A stretch of 64,000 nucleotides of DNA, from NCBI GenBank assembly GCA_973895155.1, contig OZ316893.1:19534857-19598856 (forward strand). Direction: 5' to 3'. The stretch's first letter is position 1; each line of letters starts with the position of its first letter. Shown in pieces: positions 22,124 through 36,700 of this stretch. The position numbers were made by a program, and so were the translations under genes. This DNA is from Marsupella aquatica (taxonomy: Eukaryota; Plantae; Marchantiophyta). The notes under the pieces were generated by a model, which worked only from the letters and a program-made list of their open reading frames with translations, searched no databases and was not told the DNA's origin.

Positions 22124-25100
22124 ATGTGGAAGGCGGGGCTGAGATTCAAGCTTTCGGTCCAAATGATGGTCATCATGATAGTGATAGTGTTGGTGGTAAT
22201 GCCAACGGATGACCACGTGGCCGCTTCAAGCACTCGACTATTTGGAGACCTAAAGAGCGGGGGTGAGCGGACCAAACAGAAGGTGGCGGATGCAGCTCTT
22301 GAGCTGACATCCGAGACTTTCAATACGTCTCTGTGGGCCTCGCCGGCTCCGTCGGTCATCGTGGAATTTTACGCTCACTGGTGAGCGGAATCTTCTGCTT
22401 TGCTCTACTCTATTCTAGTTGCCCTGCTCGTTGTTTGTTTCTTTCAATGTCGCTCGCGAGGGTCACATTTCGTCTCCCAGTATAGTATGAGCGGCCGGCA
22501 GTGAAGCGGAGAAACTCTCGCTGCTGGAGGAGGTGATACAAATTCTCAGTCGCAGCACCCTTGAGGGAGGCATAAATAAGGAGGAAATTTAGACAAGCTC
22601 GTTGAACAGAATTCTATAGACGACATAATGTTCAGGATGTCGTTGTAAATTTTCGAGGCATTGTACTATTTTCTGAATTACCCGCTACGCTCCTGCTTTG
22701 TCATGAGAACTACTAGGTTCAGAACTTGATGGCAGAGGAATTTGGCTACCGACTCAGCAGTCAGTTCGTCTGTTAGCAATTCATTTCAGTTAAACCAGTG
22801 GGTTCCGAACCTGTTTTTCCCCGGCACCCAATATAACATCATTCAGTAGTGCAGTTTTGGGTCAGTGATCTTATATGTGCATACAGTCGTGAAATTGCAT
22901 TGCTGACTTCCTGTTTCTCTCCTAATTTCGTACAATTTGGCGTTTACATTTGAAACTTTAAAGTCCTGATATCCCCTGAAAAGCAAGATTTTTTGTGAAA
23001 TGCACCTTTCCGTATAGACCTTGGTATAGACCATTTGGTTGGTAGCATGGGCCTACTTTTGTCTTACAGGAAGGAAAACCTTACCAATTTTCCTTACGCA
23101 ATTGATGATTTGAGCCTATTTGGTGAATGCAGGTGTCCTGCGTGTCAGAATTTCAAGGTACGGTCCAAGTTTGACCTTGTCATAAATCAGCAAGTTTTTG
23201 CTTGCATGTTTCGATTATTTGAAGATCTTTGGCGTGGAGGTAACTGGTTCCTTTTCTTGGCATGGGCATCAACATGGCATCCCATGGTTGCAGCCACAAT
23301 ATGAACGGGTTGCCGAACTGTTCAATGGATTAGATGCCGTGTATCCTGGTGTTCTGCTTTTGGCGAAAGTGGATTGTGCTGAGGAGGTGAGTAGCTGTTA
23401 TTAAACACCAGAGAGGTCGATCATTTGTACTTAGTGGGATAAGATTGAAATAGATTTGATCAGGATGCTATTGCAAGGTCAGAAATGTCTTAGATTATCC
23501 AGACGGTGACTGCTCGAATAATTAGACATATTCAAGAAGGTGATTCAATTGGAATCGTATTCAAATCTCTAACTGCCATATTGCGGAAAGCTTTCGATCG
23601 TTTGTAACAAATTTAGTGTCTAACTCCTTTCGTGTTCGTGTTTGTTTCCAAAACTATGACAGCACAGATCAACAGAAATCTATGCCAGAGATTCGTAATA
23701 AAGCAATATCCTACCATGTTGTTTGGAAAGCCGTCGATGTTTGCATGGAGCAGCCGACTTGAAGGCAATAATCAGAATTTTGAACAACTACAAGGATCAC
23801 GTATGCATGCGCAGGCCCTGCTGGATTGGATAAACAATCGCCTAAAAAAGTATGGCTACTGTTTGAGCTGGATGTGTCGAAACATTGGCAGTTGACCATC
23901 TCAGTATGGATTGGAGTTCTTTCTCTCAGTTTTCTATTAAAGACATCTGTGTCATGTCGGACAGTATGAACTACCGTACATCTTGTGCACTACATAAATT
24001 GCTTCTACATGATCCGTACTTTTTGCCATCACCACATTCTTGTGTTGGATTTTAGAGTGCGCTTGTTTGTAACTTTTGTTGACGTCCCCGCTCCTAAAAT
24101 TTAACATTGGATTCACTTGAACTTTTTGAATCTGGCTTTTCTGGTGTCGTTAGTTATAAAGATACTTTGAAATTCCTTTGGATCAGATCATATTCCTTGG
24201 ACCCAATTATTCAAAAGAAGCAGGCAAGACAAGTCACCGATGCAGATACTGTACAGGTTAGTAATTCCCGATGGCTGCTTAATACAGTGTATACTTTAAA
24301 TTCGGTAGGCCTAGCGTTTTGTGACAAGAAAGTTGGCCCATTTTCTAACTCGTACTCTCTTGGTCTTTGACAAAGAAGGTAGTGTCCATTCACGATATTG
24401 ATGAAGCTACAGCGGAAGCCTATGAAATTATCCTGGATGAGGTTTGTAGATTCTCATCTGTCACCTCCAGCTTCGAATCCTTTTGCACAGTTTCGGAATT
24501 CTAACTTGTCGAAGTTAAATATTGACATTCTAGAGATAGTGAACAATTTCTTTGCTGAGGAATCAGGGTTTCTCAATCTTAATCAGTTCGTACTTCTGCG
24601 GCTCTTGAGTGTGCATATGGTACTACTATTTGATTTTCTAAAACACATTTCTGAGAGCTGACTCTAGCTTCGTTGTAACTGCAGCTTGTTGGCTCCAGTC
24701 AACGCGCACCATTTGTGCAGTTCCTGCAACTGTTAGCAGCTCACCACCCTTCGAGAAGGTCTGTTTCCTTCACATTCTGGCCAAGATTATGTAGTTTGCA
24801 TGCGTGTTTGGGATGCAGGCCCTGGTTTCTCTCGCTACATGATAGTGCCGAATTGGTGTGGGGGTCTGCATTCGGGGTCATGGAGATTTTCACCTTTGGT
24901 TTTAAGAGCACCTGCCTCGGATGAACATTCCAAGCTGTGGAGGAGTCTTCACTGCAACCGCGAAATTCAACATTACTATATTTTAGAGCTAACTTTCTGG
25001 ACAGTGTATTCGGTGTCGTTTACTCACTAGATTGTGATCATGGTTGTCTTGTAACAGATGTAGAGCAGGTAGTGCTCAGATTTTGTTCAACCTGGTGGAT

Positions 25101-26663
25101 GCTTGGCCCAGTGAGCAAATTGTGGAAGTCGACGAACGTGGAACAGACGGGGCTAGTAACACCCCCTCTCATTTAGCCGACGTTGCTGCGTTGAGACAAT
25201 TTCACATTTGTGGAGTAGACCTGCCCAGAAAACTTTACGTAAGTAGTTGGCTCCAGTGTGGTTGCCCTGGCTATGCCTTGTGTACTCGTGATATCACGCC
25301 TGTTGTAAAACTTGACTTCCTAGTGAGGCTAAGTTTACTATCATTTGGAATTTTTTAGTGCAGAGGTGATCCACTCGCACTTAAGCAGGAACTGAGAATG
25401 TCAAAATTTTGATGTTGCAGAAAACTTGTGACATGACGACTGGTGGCTACAGGTGTGTGCCTAGGTCACCTTTCTGCTTCCTGCTCCAAATTCTGGACCT
25501 TTTCAATTTAAAGAAGCTGTCGCACAGAACTCTTCCTTGATCTTCAGAGTGGTTGTTGCAGTGTACGTGAAATTGCATGGTTTATTTGAAGGATGGCTCA
25601 TGTCCAGGGGCAAAGTTTGGTCAAAATATTGAATTGAGGACTGACCTGACTTGTTTTAGCCCTGTTCTGTGGATGATATTATGGCAGTTGTGGCCTATGG
25701 TATCTTTTTCATGCATTGTCAGTTCGGGTGGATGACTTGGAAAGTACCAATGCAATGAAGGCCATGTCCAATTTTGTTACAAATTTTTTTCCCTGTGAAG
25801 AATGCCGTCAACACTTCTTCAAAATGAGTCAAAGGTAGGATCCCAATCTTGCCCTCTGGTCAGGATACAGCGATCTGCGGTGGCAAGTTCTGTTGATCTC
25901 CTATCGCCAGTGCCCATAACTAGATTTCTTGATGTGCAGTGCAATCGACAGTGTATCAACTCGTCGGAATTTGACATTGTGGCTTTGGCGCGCTCATAAT
26001 GAGGTATGCGACCACTTATTTTCAAGTTTTCTTCCAATCTGGCACAGTGCGACAGCAAAGCACTCGCTACTACTCAGGGCAGTGGAGGGGCTGCTTATAT
26101 TTCTCATATTCCATGAGAAGTTGGGAGAGGCGATTTAATTGCATTTTTACTTTTAGCGAATCTCATCCCCAGTCAAACAAATATGAATTCATAATTGCTA
26201 GGGCTCTGATCACGTGCCTCCATGCGTCCTTAATGGAAAATTACAGGTGAACTATCGTCTTGGAAAACAAGTTGAGGCCGGTGTGGAACTTCAAAGGTCA
26301 AAAGTTCAGTGGCCTACCAAAGCGATATGTACGCCCTGTAGAATGAGTTTTGAGAATGCTCATGGAAATGCTGATAAGGACATTGAATGGGATGAAGACG
26401 AAGTCTATAAATTTCTGAGGAAGACATATGGGAAGTCGATTTCGACAGCTGCTGATGAGGCGCAAACCTTGGGAAATAAGGGTGATGAAACAGGTTCTGA
26501 TGTAGATGAAAACTTGACCAGCAGTGCGATGACCGCCCCAGTTGGTGCAGCAGTAGGTATTGCCATGGCTAGCTGTGGTTTTGGAGTTGCAGCTTGTTGC
26601 TGGAGAGTACAGCAAAAGAAGCGCAAGTATTGTTCTCGTTGCACACCCTGGCCATTTTGCTGA
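22124..26663 (+). CDS. QSOX: Quiescin sulfhydryl oxidase (thioredoxin + Erv/ALR domains, C-terminal TM), about 12 exons
   Basis: Signal peptide. VEFYAHW|CPAC split by intron 22381-23132. LAKVDCA, CGLWYLFHALS, FFPCEECRQHF, LWLWRAHNEVN, KVQWPTKAICTPC, APVGAAVGIAMASCGFG. The last few codons may be spliced differently. Confidence 0.93.
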
Positions 26664-27178
26664 CTGAATCTCGTACCCTTTCATGGGCTTGATCAAGATA
26701 ACTAGATACGATAGGAAAATACCGAAATTCTTCCTTGCTGGCTGTTTACTCACAAGATGTCAGCCTAACTGCTCTTTGCGCTCTTGCGTTTCCAACTTTT
26801 CTTTGTCGTCCCAATCTCATGCATGCTCATATCCTTCCGACTAGACTGAAAAGGCGTTTCTTCTTTGCTTCCTATTCAATGTGGGTAATACGCGCAAATC
26901 GGATAAACTGGTCGTTCGTGTAATACCTCAAATAAATCAAACTAGAAAAAGATGTGCTTTGTATAACCAATTGAAAAGTGAGACAATTATAGTCATGCTC
27001 AAGGAGGAAAGCTACCCGTGGCAATTTGAAACTTTATGTTGAGTTCACTTTACCTTCTTTAATGTATGACCATGTACATTACAGTTCTAACTTCAGTTGA
27101 CATGCGGGACAGGCGTATGCGCAAAAGGGGAGTTTGATATTCTTAGTTTCAACCGGGACAAGCCATGCAGTGGTGGTA

Positions 27179-27330
27179 CTTGAAGACCATACCTTTGTGC
27201 AGTTTCAGGCAACATATTTATGATGGTAGTATTCGAAGACCAAACCTTTGTGCAGTCTGAGGTAACATAATTTTGATGATAGTAGTTGAAGTCCAAACCT
27301 TTGTGGAGTTTCAGGCAACATAATTTTGAC
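27179..27330. repeat. ~53-bp tandem repeat (3 units) between the convergent QSOX and RMT2 3' ends
   Basis: gaag(a/t)cca(t/a)acctttgtgcagtttcaggcaacata... three times. Confidence 0.8.
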
Positions 27331-27807
27331 AGGATAAGATCTCCGAACAGCACGCTAATATCAATCTGGGAGGTGATAGAGTGAAAGTTGACCTCTCAAT
27401 AGAAGCCATAGACCCAAGACAGACACTTCCAATAATCCCAGTCTCACTCGTAGGGTAAATATCTTAGGCCCCAACTTCATCATAGTAATCAGGCAAATTC
27501 ACAGCCCTAGAAATTTACATCTCTTCCTTTGGATTGTAGTAAAGACGGTGAGAAGGGTACTTGTATATTTCAACTGGGACAAATGGATGGCGCCTGTGAA
27601 AGAAACATCTTGACTTTTAGCTCTTGGTGCGAACATTGTGTTCTTGTCCTCCACCTGTATGATGATGAAGGGGACCCTATATCAACATCACCCCTCCGAA
27701 AGAAGCATCTTGAGATGACGCCCTCTCCTATGAACATTTTGTTGTATCATTCTCCTATATTCTAATGACAAGGAGAACCTTCGACATGATGTACATCCTG
27801 TAAATTT

Positions 27808-29330
27808 TCACTCTTTCTCTTCGTCTGCATACTGACAAACAGGTAAGAAGTAGGTGTCCAATTGCCAATATCGATGACTGATGCCCTCCCAAGTTTTCTC
27901 ATCTAGGCAGTCTTTGACCGGGAGTTGAATAAATTCCGTGTTCAAACCCACTTGTGCCAACTCCAAGGCCACTAGCTGGCAATAAACTACATGGAAAAAG
28001 GCATTATCAGCACACATTCCGTTGAAATACGAGTATATGCCACCTGGTTTTAAGAGCTTAGGAAGGTAGTCATGGAAGCTCTTCAGGTCGTCATAATACT
28101 CCCCGTAGGTATCAAAGAATATCCCTGCACATTGACAGCCAAATTTTAATTTTAGATCAAATATGCCGAAGGGTGTTTCTTAGTAGTCAACCGCGCGACA
28201 CATTCAGAGATCACCCAATGATTCTACCAGGCTAGGAGGGTGAAATTGAACTTCTCACGAAGAGGTTTCGATGAGTAAAATGATTACTGATTTCTCCTCA
28301 TATTCCTGGTTGTGAATTGAAGCGAGACAGGGAGTGTTCCTTTACCATCGAAGGAGCCCAGTTGAGGAAGAACATCTTGCCAACGCCCGAAAAGAATTCT
28401 CACATTTGGTTTATCACCCCAACCAGTTGCCAGCATTCGGGCATACACATCGGGATGGGCTTCGATTATTGTATGAGATGTAGGCCCATAGCTTTGGATG
28501 GCCTCGTCTACCAATCCCATACCAAACCCCACGTTGAGCACATTCCCACCGGTTGTACAAACAACTTTCGCATGCGTTTCCATGAGAGGCTTCTCCCAAG
28601 CCATCATCACCGCCTTGCTCTCTTCATCCATTAGCCTGCCTTCACCGTACTCCACACGCTCTTCCAAATAGGCTTTATTGGTTGCTTCCCCAGACTTTCT
28701 GCCCTGCCTCTCTACCGCTCCCAAAATCAATTCCGCTTTGATACCTGAGAAGTAATGTCCCACAGTAAGGTCGCTAACTACCGTGATTCAGGTCAGCGAT
28801 TACTGTATCTACAAGAGCTAGTCACAGAAAGGCCATTCGCTTGTAAACTAGATAATTTATTTATGTAACCACAAGTCCATCAAACCGGAAGAGGCAGAGA
28901 ATCTGCAGTGTTCTCTATTAAGTTCGAAATTATCTCGAAAACATGTGGGATCCTTCATCCAACTGTAGTGCATCACTCGTGACTAAGACTAGGACGGACG
29001 AACAGTCATTGGCACAGCGAATTCACCTTGGGGAGGAGAACACTTACCGGCGTTCAGCAGCATGTCAAAGGCATCTTGATGTCCCAGCTCCATGGCATAG
29101 TCACCAGCGCAACGACCTGACGGATCCAACGCATTCCAAGGAGCTCCTGCCTCTAACAAGGTGGCGACGATGGCCGCATGACCGTTCTTTGCAGCGTCCA
29201 TCAGTGGAGTGGTGCCTAAGGAATCCGGTTCACAAGGATCCGCCCCTGCTTTGAGCAGCTCTGAAACTTCGCTCGCCCTGCCTTCAGCTGCTGCTTGGGA
29301 AAGCGCAAGCGACCATGACCCGTCATCCAT
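27808..29330 (-). CDS. RMT2: Ankyrin-repeat protein arginine N-methyltransferase (RMT2/GAMT family); exons 29330-29048, 28744-28346, 28124-27808
   Basis: Ankyrin repeat (TTPLMDAAKNGHAAIVATLLEAGAPWNALD), AVMMAWEKPLM, VLNVGFGMGLVD, IIEAHPDV, GIFFDTYGEYY, YWQLDTYFLP. GT-AG introns. Confidence 0.93.
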
Positions 29331-29925
29331 TTGTCCTCCCAATACAAGCACACACAGAACACCCCCTGAGTTCCTCCACCCCGTGAGATCGGGCAGACAG
29401 GATCCGCAAGAAATCAGCAGCAGTAGAGTATCCTTTTTACGAAGATTGAACGCAATTGGAAATTCTAGCCATTCTCAGGACCACATTGTATAAGACCTTA
29501 GACTACGAATGATCAATTTCCTGTATAAAGTCAGAGGATATTGATAATTGCCTGATCAGAAACTCGCAAAGGGAAGTTCTGGAGGATCTACGGTGGTCTT
29601 GATGTAACAGTCAATTGCTCATGGCTACTGGAGAGGGTCTGTCACGAAGGCTTCATACTAAAAATTCATCGACCCAGGACCTACACCCCGACAATTCCTC
29701 GCTGATGAACTCAAAAGATAAAATCTCCGACCCAAACATTTCCTAGCTGCTGCTGAAGAAATCGAATACCGTCTGTCGCAAAGTCCTCATACTACAGGCT
29801 CGTCGTTGTAAGTCTTGCACCCGAACAATTCCTCGCTACAGAAAGAATTCAAGCCCAAATCTCGACGTATTACCTCGAGAGTAAGCTCCATGAAGTTTTG
29901 AGGAATGGGATTCCACAGTGACTTC

Positions 29926-29940
29926 AGGGTTTAGGGTTTA
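29926..29940 (-). promoter_or_regulatory. Telo-box (AAACCCTA) near the RMT2 transcription start
   Basis: agggtttagggttta on + reads TAAACCCTAAACCCT on the gene strand. Plant telo-boxes are typical of translation and ribosome-biogenesis genes. Confidence 0.5.
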
Positions 29941-32522
29941 CTCCACAATACACTTTACATAGACGCGGGTCATTTGTTTACTGGACCCCAAGGTGGCATA
30001 AAATAGTTGTTTTCATTCACCCCAATTCGCGAATTTCCCAATCATCGGGACTAGCCTTGTTACTGACCCCAAGAGAGCTCTCTTCCAAATTCCTTGCCAA
30101 GAGGTTACGCCACATTAGCACAAACAGGAAAATCTTATTTTTGACACTAACAAAAGTACACATTCATGTTTGTTACAAAAACAACCTAATTTGGGGGGAA
30201 TCATGCCATAAATATTAAGTGAAAAAAAACCTAAAATACAAAGAAATAGATATCATTTTTTCTACGTAACCATATTAGTTACCTTTTGAATGTTTTTAAG
30301 TTATTTATTATGTAATTAATTAGGTAACTGTCTCTAAAATAACATAAGTGAATAAGTAGCAGCTCATACGTGATCCTCTCTCTTTCGATGAGAGAGATAC
30401 CAATGAGAGATGATTGCTAATAGGGTAATATCATTTTGTCATATTGTGTCAAAGAAACAGAGGAGCGATCTTCAACTGAGTTTTGAGTTTGAGTTGTGAG
30501 GTGAATGGTGGATACCGTATGATCGTATAACTTGTACACACTTAAAGAACCGTCACCGACTCAAGAAATGCAACATCAAAAAATGTCTATCTCCCTTTCT
30601 CGATGAAGAGATGTCACAATCCCGTCATCGTCATAAACTTAGCCGTTGCAAATTGATTTCTTCGATTACGTCCCCATCGTTTGTCCGCAACACTTGCTTC
30701 CTGGCTTAAATTGTTTGCGTCCCTCCAGGCTTCAACTTAAGCTCACTCTGAACACAAGTTGATGCCAAATGCAATCTTTATGTCAAAGAAACAATCGCTA
30801 GTCTCCCCTCACACCATAGTTTTCTTAAATAAAAAATTACAAAACCTTTCATGTGAAGTGATGGCTCGTCTGTTTCGTGTGTTCTTCCCACTGAAACGAC
30901 AAGCGTTCTTTTGTCAACAGCTGAGTGGTATCCTCCAGTGTCTTGTGGCTATAATGCTCAATGTAATTCACGAACTATCAGACAAGAATGGTAGACACAT
31001 GATTTTTCTAATGTGTAAACAAAAACCCCCACTTGCAATTTCCCATTCAGGACTAGCCTTGTGTAAAATAAATTATTGCTGCGTGTGAGGTCCTGTTATG
31101 GAAAGTTGCCAGTTGTATTGTCGTGATGCCTATGACAACCACGTGGTGAAGACATGAGGGTGTATGTTCTGACAGTTCCAAATACTACTTCAAGTGCATA
31201 CTACTTTGATTGCATAATAGAGTTTGCTTTCGTCATCTCAGCAAGTGTAACCCATGGTAGCAATCTTCATTGTGGCAAATGAATTCTGTGTTAAGCTCCA
31301 TTAGCTAAGCAGCGTTTGCAGACTTTGTCCCAAAGTGGAGTTCACCAAAGGGTGTGCAAACAAAATATTTAATCCACTGAACAAAATTATATTGAAGGCC
31401 TCTAACACCCCCCCCCCCCCCCAATGTGTGCCTTTGCAGCAGCAGTATACTTTTCACTATCAATTGAATGGGGCAGTGGGAGGTAGGGCATGAATTAAAC
31501 AAAAAAAAACCAAGCTCAACCCAAAGTGCCAACAAGAGGTAAATAATTCTTTTGTCCATATTTTCCTCCAAATTTCATCTTTGTATCAATAACATTCAAC
31601 CAAGTCAGTGAGAATGCCATATTTATTACATCAGTTGTGTTCAACTTATTGTGTCAAAGTCCGGGAAGACAATTTTTTTTTCAAAAGTGTAGAGTACATT
31701 TATGAGCTTAGAGAGTACTTTCATAAATGAAACAAAAATGTTTCATGCCTGCCGTGTAATAGCATCTCTAACAAATTTTCCTCACCAAATCTTTCGCACC
31801 ACAAGTAATTCCCATCTGATGTTGGCCATAAGCCACATACAAACCACAACCACACTCACCTGGCATCGTATTAACCCGACAACCAAAAGGACGTGTAGCC
31901 CATCCTCTAAAATATTAAGCTAAGTCCCCACAAAAAAGCAAACAAAGGGATTACGCAGTGCAAAGTTTACTAACAAATTTGTGCTGATCGAATCAATAGA
32001 AGTGAGGTGGGTAGTGAATTGCTACTACAAGATGTTTTCTCCATTTTCAGAAATATTGGCACTTTAATGATACCTTTGTCGAGGAGACTACCGATACTCA
32101 TAAGACAACATACACATGTGCAAATCCAACGAAGACACACGTAGGCGACACAGAAGACATGTGAGTCATCTTTTTAAAGGTGATATCCACGAAAATACAC
32201 AAGAGAACTTTACTAAATTCTAATTTGGTCGCATATACCAAGTCTCCACAGACTAAACTCTCATTATCTTTCAACTGGTTTGGTACAATGAGCCAAAAAT
32301 TTTACTTATTAACTAAGTTTTTAGTTAGGGAATATAGTATTAGCATATCTAAGTATTGCTAGTGAATACAATATTAGCATATCTAACCTGGCTTACCTAA
32401 GAACTTCATTCTGGTTAGATTATTTGTGGTTACATACTAAGTGTAGACCTAACAACCTTCACAACTATGTGCTTGGTCTAGTGGTTGAGTTGTGACGAAA
32501 CTTCATCCAATCCAAGGTTTAG

Positions 32523-32561
32523 GGCCACTTAGATAATGAGAGTGGTATTATCTAAGTGGCC
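32523..32561. repeat. Perfect 15-bp inverted repeat with a 9-nt spacer
   Basis: ggccacttagataat-gagagtggt-attatctaagtggcc. Confidence 0.85.
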
Positions 32562-33702
32562 ACCTCCTGCCACCATGAGAGGCTGATTTTTGCCATCCAC
32601 AATGCTGGGGCCAAGTGGTAAAAAATACATTGGGCTTACTGCATTGAAACCAACCCATAGGTCAACAAAAATGAGTCAATTAGACTACTTGATACAATGT
32701 GTTTTTTGACAAATTAGTGTCAAACTGGTATCCAAGGTTTGGCCTGGTTACTAATACTGAGGATAACTATTAGAATTTTGGATCAAATCCACCACAGTCC
32801 TTCCTCCTTTTTGACCCTAGTAGTCAGATAAGATGGTACCCCTGAAAACCTCTAAAACTCGAAATGTAGAGAATAAATGTCCTCTCTCTCCCTGTGCCAT
32901 ACGTTTCATGGTGATAAGGGACCCTACCCTACTTGGCTCCACAATAAAAATAAGATCATTGCCCTGATACCTGGCATGGCATGGGGCAAGGTATATATCC
33001 AACCACCTTGTAGCAGGCAAATCTTTTTCGAACTGCGCTGAGTAGCGCCTTATGAATACGTTACCGTAACTGTGACTGTGACTGCGGTGGAGTTGCAAGC
33101 CATGGGCGGGTGATTCCCCTTTCAAACTGAGGTGTCCTCTCCGTGCCGCTGCCAAATTTGGAGGCGGCCCAGGAGACAGACATAGCACGAACAACGTTCG
33201 ACGAGGGGACCGTTCGGGCGGTCCCAACTCCCAACTTTAGCGGCGGCGCTAGACGGGCTGGGGATGGCCCCAACTTTAGCGGTGCTTCTAGCGGGAAGGT
33301 TATTAGGGACTGGAGAATATTCGGCAAGAATGCCAGATGGTGTCGTGGTTGGTGCTGTGGAGATGCATCGTCACCACTCGCCCGGACACCAGAAGTGAAC
33401 TGCGTGTCCGCTGATGCTCATTTCTTCGTGTGGATTTCGATGCGATGAGCTACGACGACGGACGCTTTTGCAGCGACAGACAGAAAGTCTTGCCACATTT
33501 TGCATCGTGATAGGAGAGTAATTGCTCGGCACGCTTTGATGCGGGCCTTTCGATCCGTGTAAATATAAGGTCATAAAATCGTGGAGTGCGAATTCATGTC
33601 ATGGGGCGATTGCAGGCCGAGTAAGAGTGGTAGTGGCACTTATTACGAAGCTGGTGCTTGACTTCACACTGAGGAATTCTTCGCCGGTTTGCCCCCTTCT
33701 GG

Positions 33703-36700
33703 ATGGCAGGCAATGGCGGGGCTGTGTCTCCTAGAACAGGTAATTGTGCATGATGACGGATCGGGACGGTTCTCTGAGGATTAGGAGCAGGAGGCTGAAT
33801 TTGAAGTGAGATCAATTTCGACCCACCTGATATTGTGTTCTCCGAACTTCGTTTACATTATGAGCGCGGAGGACAGGAAGAGTTTAGAGTAGCAGTGGCA
33901 CAGGGTGGTTTACTGCAACTTTGGATGGACTATCACTTTACCTACTGGTTTTTTGTACCTTCTATTTGTGTGGCCCACGAGCTTGACTGAATAATCGTCG
34001 AGAAATGCGTTTTGTACACTTGCGTAATTGCTATGTGTCCTCCTGGGAGCCTACTATCCGGGCAAAATTCCTGCTCAGCATCGATACTTATTTTCTTCTA
34101 TGGATTTGTAGCGCTGATTCTGTCAAATTTATGGATTGACGGCCTTGGAAATTTTTTGCGTTTACGCTTCTCGATTAGTGTAAATGCAAGATTCAGAATT
34201 CGATGAATTCAGTTACACGGGATTTTTGTCAGCGTAATGCTCCTTGCATTGGTTTTGAATGCTAATTCCTGAATTCCTGCTTTCGGTAGCCGTCATACGA
34301 GTGCTGGTCGGGGCTCTGGCGGACAGCTCGCTGCTCGTTAGAGATTCTGCGGCAGCTGCGCTACGGGAGAATGCGCATCAGTACGTACTCTTGCTATTTT
34401 GGAACAATCCAGAGTTGGGCCAGGTTCATGCTTTTCTCCCAGAAGTAAATTCAATAAAAGCCAGACAAAGCATGTAAATTAAAATGTTCTTGTGTGTTGC
34501 AGAAATGCTGCCACAGTACTTGATTGCTGTACTGCAAGCCTTCGAGTTGGAAAAAGGGTGAGTGGCACAACACATTCATTTCTGATGTTAATTGGACTTG
34601 CATTAGCAGGGCTATATGTTAGTGATCTACCTGTCACAAGCGTGTCTGTTGCCAAAAGTTGATAGAGCATTCTGTCTGAACATGTAGTCAATGAGTTCTT
34701 CTTTGAAATTTTTGAATGATAGCGTGGAGGGGAATTTGGGAGCCATCATGCTGGAGTGTTCTCTATTATGGCTTACACAGTCGAAAAAATGGACGGGGAA
34801 GAGCTGGATCCAATCTTCTTGCGAAAAATGGCTAAAGTAGCACTCGGGGAGATGACCAACACGAAGGTACCCTTACAAGAGTAACATCTCCTTTGGTTCC
34901 GGATTTAATCCCTTCACTCGGAATGTCCAGGATTCCTGTTGTGTCAGCGCTCATTGGGTTTTGACCGTTAACTATGGTCAACTTGTGCGTCATGAATCTG
35001 TTCACATTTGTATGATCTATTGACGAGGGCCACTTGGATGTCACAGGATTTTACTAGCGACTGGCTACGTGCAGCTTCTAGCCTTCTTGTTGCTCTTGGT
35101 TCTCGATTGCCAGATATGGTATGTTATTCTCATAAATGAAAAACTGCTGCATAAGTTTCGTGGCATGTCCACAGACATCACTGAGGGACACTGATCTTAA
35201 GGTTTAGGGAGAAAATACTGCCAGGGCTTACACGCCTTATTGAAGCCCGACTGCTAAGTCAGGGTCAGAAACAGGGATACTCACTGTTCCAGAGTGCAGC
35301 CAGTATGATACTTCGCTACATTCCGTTCTTGCAGTATTTGATGAAGAATTGGAATTTACTAATTGGAACTGGTCTTCTTTGGCTCCTATCAATCAATGTG
35401 AACAATTATCCACTGTTCACGGGAATGTGCCCTCTTACTTGAGACCCTTAATGAGCATTCATTGCGTTCTTACAGATCATGGATGAGATATTTCTACAGC
35501 TTGCTGGGAACACCATACCTGTTTACGCTGTGATTCCAACTCTTACTGATTTTGCAGCACTTCATCGTAAGTTTACAAGTCCAAGCTCTCTTATCTAACT
35601 TAAAAGTCACTACTCTCTCTCTTTCTCTAATTAAGATGAGGGACAATGGTCTGCTCTGCATCAGTTTGCCACCCCACTTTTGTTGTTTTGTAAGTTTCCA
35701 CACTAGGAAGTCTGTGCACACTGGTCCGATGACCTGATTGGGTCGTTGTGGATGAATCAGTCTGTACGCTTGCTCCTTTTGTGTCTTTGCTTAAAGAAGT
35801 GTGATGGAAGCATTTGTAACGAAGCGGAGTTGTTGTAGGCCATCTCAGTAACTCCAAGATGTTTGCTCGTCTTAATTTTCATAAGCTTTACAGTTTGCAC
35901 CAAGGGTAAACGGAGTTCTGTCGCGAGTTTTACCAGTTCTTGGAGGAGTAAGGGATTCACAACGTGCGACCTTTGCAAATGGTTAGTCTCCTCAGCCCGA
36001 CGAAACTCTCTGGCTAATCTTGTGTTTTTGGCCCCCTTTTCTTTGATTTGTAAATTATCTTCTACTGGAAGTCCTGTTACCGCGATGGTCCTTTGTCCCG
36101 GTTGGGCCTTTGTGTAGATTTAAAGCATCCATCTTAGTTCGTGATCTCGTGAAGATTATTCCCGAGGCAGGCTTGATCCAATGTCTAAGAAAGTCACCAA
36201 CAGAAAGGAAGGAGTAATGTCGACGCAGTGGAGAGGCGTGGTAATGTAGTTATACTGTCTCATAGTTGAATCATTTCCAAGCAGTACAAGGAAACTGATC
36301 CCCATCTGAGCGAAAAATATAATATGTTTTTTGGTCACCCACAAGGTTTTCTGGTAGAAATTTTCCTGTAACTCTACTGTTTGCATTTACAGCATTCACA
36401 TGTTGGTGTCAAGCAATTACCCAGTACCATGAAGAATTTCCATCGTTTGATACTCTACTTAACAATGACATGCAGTAAGTACAGTTCGGGGTATGACCAG
36501 TCTACAAATGTTTGTTTTTCAGATTCTTGATAATCGAATGTAAATAACATGCATGTTGTCCTTTTGTCTACGCTTGTATCAATTTATGACGATGTAACAT
36601 GAATCTGGACTTTCTTCAGATTGACTGTTGTTGCCAGTTTAGACGCCTCAAAATTTGTCTGGTGAAGTAGAATGCAGCGAGGAGATGAGTTGAGAAGTTG

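Noticed and set aside
29428-29437. GTATCCTTTT U12-like donor on +
   Set aside because: It is on the opposite strand to RMT2, and no + strand gene or branch site was found.
29926-29940. Interstitial telomere
   Set aside because: Only two units; better read as a promoter telo-box.
30018-31062. Shared motif aatttccc...ggactagccttgt at ~30032-30060 and ~31037-31062
   Set aside because: Too short and diverged to define an element, and the intervening sequence has no recognisable transposase.
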